A stretch of DNA of 64,000 bases, taken from assembly GCA_030740155.1 (NCBI GenBank), contig JASLXV010000067.1, positions 1 through 64,000 on the forward strand. Direction: 5' to 3'. The notes beneath the pieces are model-generated. The model did no database searches, was not told the origin of the DNA, and saw nothing but the letters and a program-made list of their open reading frames with translations. The position numbers and the translations under genes were made by a program. Source of the DNA: Dehalococcoidia bacterium (GTDB taxonomy: Bacteria > Chloroflexota > Dehalococcoidia > Lucifugimonadales > UBA3495). Of this stretch, positions 60,683 through 64,000 are shown one piece after another (within the stretch, counting starts at the first letter, position 1; each line of letters starts with the position of its first letter).

Positions 60683-61066
60683 TTCAACTCACCTCGTCCA
60701 TTCCGTGCTCTGGAATCCCAGTAGCCACTGGTCGATTGCCCCAGGTGGTCTAACAGTGTCTTTTACGAGTTGTGTGCGGACGTGATACTATCGGCCTCCA
60801 TTAACGTGCGTCAAGGGGCCGATGTATCATGATAAACCGAGGATTCAGATCCCGTTAAGGCCGTCTTTGACGTGATGTGGTGGTTTGGGTATCGTCATGC
60901 CGCAACCGGCGTATTCGCGTGTGGGAGTTAAGAAGGACTTCCAAGTCCGACGCCTGAAGATTTCCAGCGGTGTCCCTTGACACCTCCTCCCGCTGCCCTG
61001 CCGTGTAGAGTATAATGTGTGAGCTAATCAGGGGAGAGGCCATCCTAACTAGGAACGGATTTATTC

Positions 61067-61870
61067 ATGAAGCTAGCGTTCATCGGCGGCGGCACCATGG
61101 CGGAGGCAATCTTCCAGGGTGTGCTTGCCGCCAAGCTGGCCGGCCCCGGCGACATCTGGGTCGGCGAACGCCTGGCCGGCCGGCGTGAGTACCTGTCACA
61201 GCAATACGGCGTCCACGTGGGTTCGGACAACGAAGAAGCTCTCCGGGACGCGGACCTGGTGCTCTTGGCCGTCAAGCCTCAAGACCTTGCCGCCGTATTT
61301 GGGCAGCTAAAGGGAAGGCTGGGCGCGGAGCAGTCGGCCCTCTCCATAGTGGCCGGTGTCAAGGTATCCACCCTGTCCGCCGGCCTGGGCCACGGAGCCA
61401 TTATCCGGGTCATGCCTAACACCCCGGCCCAGATCGGGTGCGGTATGAGCCTCTGGACCTGCTCCGGCGAGGTGCAAACACCCGCCCGCGATATGACTCG
61501 GTCTATTCTGGAAACCGTGGGTCAGGAGATCTACGTCGACGACGAGAAATACCTGGACATGGCCACGGCCTTGAGCGCCAGCGGGCCGGCCTACGTCTTC
61601 CTGGTCATCGAGGCGCTGATCGACGCCGGGGTCTACGTGGGCCTTCCCAGGGACATGTCCCGGACCCTGGCCCTACAGACCATATACGGGAGCACCAAGT
61701 TGGTCATGGAGACCGGGAAGCACCCCGGCGTGCTGAAGGACATGGTGGTCTCTCCCGGCGGCACCACTGCCGAGGGTCTACAGGCGCTGGAAAGGGCCGG
61801 TGTTCCGGGCGCTTTCGTCGAGGCGGTCAACGCGGCATATCAAAAATCCATCAAACTGGGCCAACAGTAG
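61067..61870 (+). CDS. proC: Pyrroline-5-carboxylate reductase
   Basis: FIGGGTMA, LAVKPQ, RVMPNTP, TALSASGPAY, VSPGGTT. Confidence 0.97.
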   Translation: MKLAFIGGGTMAEAIFQGVLAAKLAGPGDIWVGERLAGRREYLSQQYGVHVGSDNEEALRDADLVLLAVKPQDLAAVFGQLKGRLGAEQSALSIVAGVKVSTLSAGLGHGAIIRVMPNTPAQIGCGMSLWTCSGEVQTPARDMTRSILETVGQEIYVDDEKYLDMATALSASGPAYVFLVIEALIDAGVYVGLPRDMSRTLALQTIYGSTKLVMETGKHPGVLKDMVVSPGGTTAEGLQALERAGVPGAFVEAVNAAYQKSIKLGQQ

Positions 61871-61883
61871 CGGAGGATATCCT

Positions 61884-62147
61884 TTGGCAGGAATCATCAA
61901 CTCTGTACTCAACATCTTCACTCTGGTGATTTTCGCCAGGGTGATTCTCTCCTTCATCCTACCTCTGGCCGGGGCGCGGCCGAACCCGATTTTGCTCAGC
62001 GCCTACCAAATGATAAATCAGGTCACCGAGCCGGTACTCGGCCCGCTTCGCCGGGTCCTCCCGACCTTTGGGTCGTTCGATTTCAGCCCCATGGTGGCGC
62101 TCGTGGTCATATGGGTGATACGCGCGGAAGTGGTCAGCCGGTTGTAG
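61884..62147 (+). CDS. YggT-family membrane protein
   Basis: ARVILS, TEPVL.PLRRVLP.FG.FDFSP; follows proC. Confidence 0.9.
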   Translation: MAGIINSVLNIFTLVIFARVILSFILPLAGARPNPILLSAYQMINQVTEPVLGPLRRVLPTFGSFDFSPMVALVVIWVIRAEVVSRL

Positions 62148-62275
62148 GCTGACCGGGCAAGTCCGCTTGGGCCTTCAGCGGGCTTTCTCCTTTGCCCCGA
62201 AATGTTGCAGCCGCGGCTTAGTCGCCGCTAATCCGGTCGCATGGCGGGCGAGGCTGGCGGCGAGGTAGTATCCCC

Positions 62276-63196
62276 TTGGTTCGACAACCCGAGGTAGCCG
62301 TGGTGGTGGACAGCAGCAACTGTCTGCCGCCGGACCTGCTGACAAAGTGGCGCATAGCCTCCGTTCCCCACCAGCTGATTATCGGCCAGCGGACCTACCT
62401 CGACGGGGTGGATATCCAGCCCGGCCGGTTTTACCGGTTGCTCGAAGAGGAGCATCAATCCGCGTTTACGACCGCGGCTCCTCAGCCTCAACATTTTCTT
62501 GACGCTTTTCTGGAGGCCGGCCGGCGGGCGCCGAACGTCCTCTGCCTCACGCTCTCGGCTAATTTTAGCGCGACCTACCGTTCGGCCTGTGCCGCGTTGG
62601 AGTTGGCCGGGGGGAAATTGTCCGGCGTCAGGGTCGAGGTTGTCGACAGCCAGACCGCCGCTGGAGGGTTGGGCCTCATCGCTCTGGCCGCGGCGCGGTG
62701 GTCCTCCATGGGTCACAGCTTCGAGGAGGTGATCGCCGGCGTTCACCTCTTGGCGCCGAAGGTGAACCTGTTCGCCTTTCTGGATACCCTCCGCTACCTG
62801 AGCCGGGGCGGCCGGGCCCGCAAGCTTGGAGCCTGGGCGGGCACCTTGCTGGGGATCAAACCCCTGACCGAGTTGCGAATGGGCGAGGCCCGGATGGTGG
62901 GCCGGCCCCGGAACCGGGCCAAAGCCACCGCCGGTCTCTTGGAGCTGATGCGGGAACGGGTGGCCCGGGAGCCGGTGGTGGTCCCGGTGGTGGTCAATGT
63001 AGTGGAAGCCGGCGCTCCCGACGATGCCGCCGCGTTGGCCCGCCGCATCGAGGCCGAATTCAGCTGCCGGGAGCTTTTCGTCAGCCAGTTCACTCCGGTG
63101 ATGGGGCTGCACACGGGGCCCGGATTGCTGGGCGTGGCCTTCTACGTGGACGGCGCAATGGGCAGTCACCCAATTAAGCTTGAACGGGAAGCTTGA
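62276..63196 (+). CDS. DegV/FakB fatty-acid-binding protein
   Basis: VVVDS, YLDGVDI, S..FS.TY, VVDS, DTL.YL.RGGR, L.IKP, H.GPG. Confidence 0.9.
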   Translation: MVRQPEVAVVVDSSNCLPPDLLTKWRIASVPHQLIIGQRTYLDGVDIQPGRFYRLLEEEHQSAFTTAAPQPQHFLDAFLEAGRRAPNVLCLTLSANFSATYRSACAALELAGGKLSGVRVEVVDSQTAAGGLGLIALAAARWSSMGHSFEEVIAGVHLLAPKVNLFAFLDTLRYLSRGGRARKLGAWAGTLLGIKPLTELRMGEARMVGRPRNRAKATAGLLELMRERVAREPVVVPVVVNVVEAGAPDDAAALARRIEAEFSCRELFVSQFTPVMGLHTGPGLLGVAFYVDGAMGSHPIKLEREA

Positions 63197-63903
63197 CCGG
63201 ACCCGGCCACTGGTGTAGCGTCGGCAACGGGGCCGGCGCCAAAGCAGACGGGCGCAGACGGGCGTCACACCCGAGGGAAGAGCAAGCATTGCGGGACGTT
63301 GAGTTCTTGGCACAGGCCTTGGAACCCGCCGGGGGACTGGGCCCAACCCAGGGGACGGGCGGCCCCTTGCTGGTGGTGCTCAGCGGACTTCCCGGCACGG
63401 GCAAGTCCTATTTCGCCGGGGAGTTGACCCGTTTGGTCCCCTTCCAGGTCTTGGGAAGCGACCAAATCCGCAAGCTCTTGGCACCGAAGCCCAGATACAT
63501 TCCGAGTGAACACGCCCGCGTGTTCGGGTCCTGCCACCGGCTCATCGAGAACTACCTGGCCCTGGGCTGCCGGGTGCTGTACGACGCGACCAACCTGACG
63601 AAACCCTCCCGGCGGCCCCTGCACCGGATCTGCGAGCGCCTGGCCGTCCCCCTGGTCCTGGTAAGGTTCACCGCGCCGCGGGAGACGGTCCGGCGGCGGC
63701 TGGCGAAGCGGGCCGTGAAGCCGCGCCCCGGCGACTACTCGGACGCGGACTGGCAAATATACTGCAGGCTGTCTTCCAGTGAAGAGCCGGTCAGTGGGCC
63801 CCACTATACCGTCGATTCATCGGCCGGCTTCTCTTCGGTGCTGGCCGAAATTGCCCGCCTGGCCGGGGCAGCCCACGCCCTTCGGGAGAGGGAGCGAGGG
63901 TGA
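63193..63903 (+). CDS. P-loop (AAA_33-like) predicted kinase
   Basis: VLSGLPGTGKS, SD.IRK.L, DATN, YSDAD. Confidence 0.85.
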   Translation: MTGPGHWCSVGNGAGAKADGRRRASHPREEQALRDVEFLAQALEPAGGLGPTQGTGGPLLVVLSGLPGTGKSYFAGELTRLVPFQVLGSDQIRKLLAPKPRYIPSEHARVFGSCHRLIENYLALGCRVLYDATNLTKPSRRPLHRICERLAVPLVLVRFTAPRETVRRRLAKRAVKPRPGDYSDADWQIYCRLSSSEEPVSGPHYTVDSSAGFSSVLAEIARLAGAAHALRERERG

Positions 63904-63950
63904 GGGCCTCCCCCTGGTCTCGCGAGAACCTACGAGGAAACGAGCAAGAT

Positions 63951-64000
63951 ATGGAAATAATTTTCAAGACCGGCGACATAACCGGCATCGACACCCCCGC
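63951..64000 (+). CDS. Start of a probable leucyl aminopeptidase (truncated by window end)
   Basis: MEIIFKTGDITGIDTP after a GAGG RBS resembles PepA N-termini; only 16 codons are visible. Confidence 0.4.
   Translation, partial: MEIIFKTGDITGIDTP

Noticed and set aside
1..64000. tRNA, rRNA, tmRNA, RNase P or SRP RNA genes
   Set aside because: No cloverleaf/T-loop context or conserved rRNA motifs were recognised by eye in the intergenic regions.

Overview
High-GC bacterial chromosome segment. Gene content suggests Chloroflexota/Dehalococcoidia, probably SAR202-like (inference only): a division cluster reduced to rsmH-ftsA-ftsZ, many CoA-transferase/amidase/SDR paralogs, PT-linker lipoproteins and a kinase-STAND protein. 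Most of the window is housekeeping: pyrG-transaldolase-rho, ccmABCDE, korAB, dprA-topA-xerC-aroQ-pepP-efp-xseAB-purN, tig-clpP-clpX, rsmH-ftsA-ftsZ, nrdR-nrdJ with tandem NrdR boxes, pdxA, proC-yggT-degV-kinase-pepA. Catabolic genes are interspersed. Accessory DNA includes an IS3 right end, two solitary genes with integron-cassette relics (540-1000 and 59944-60754), a toxin-antitoxin islet and several families of palindromic repeats. The best candidate for an unusual system is a broken 4.4 kb gene: zinc ribbon - Ser/Thr kinase - STAND ATPase - TPR - class III nucleotide cyclase. Its central sensor segment differs in composition from its flanks, and a GTAG-type palindrome is encoded in its linker. 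Other oddities are an EF-P with a KMQQRAP loop, a Cys-type CcmE with a WTPR CcmC, a CoA-transferase pair with one apparently non-catalytic subunit, a divergent ECF sigma/anti-sigma pair and an unknown small ORF coupled to nrdR. No rRNA, tRNA or CRISPR array was recognised. All calls come from reading the sequence; no searches were run.
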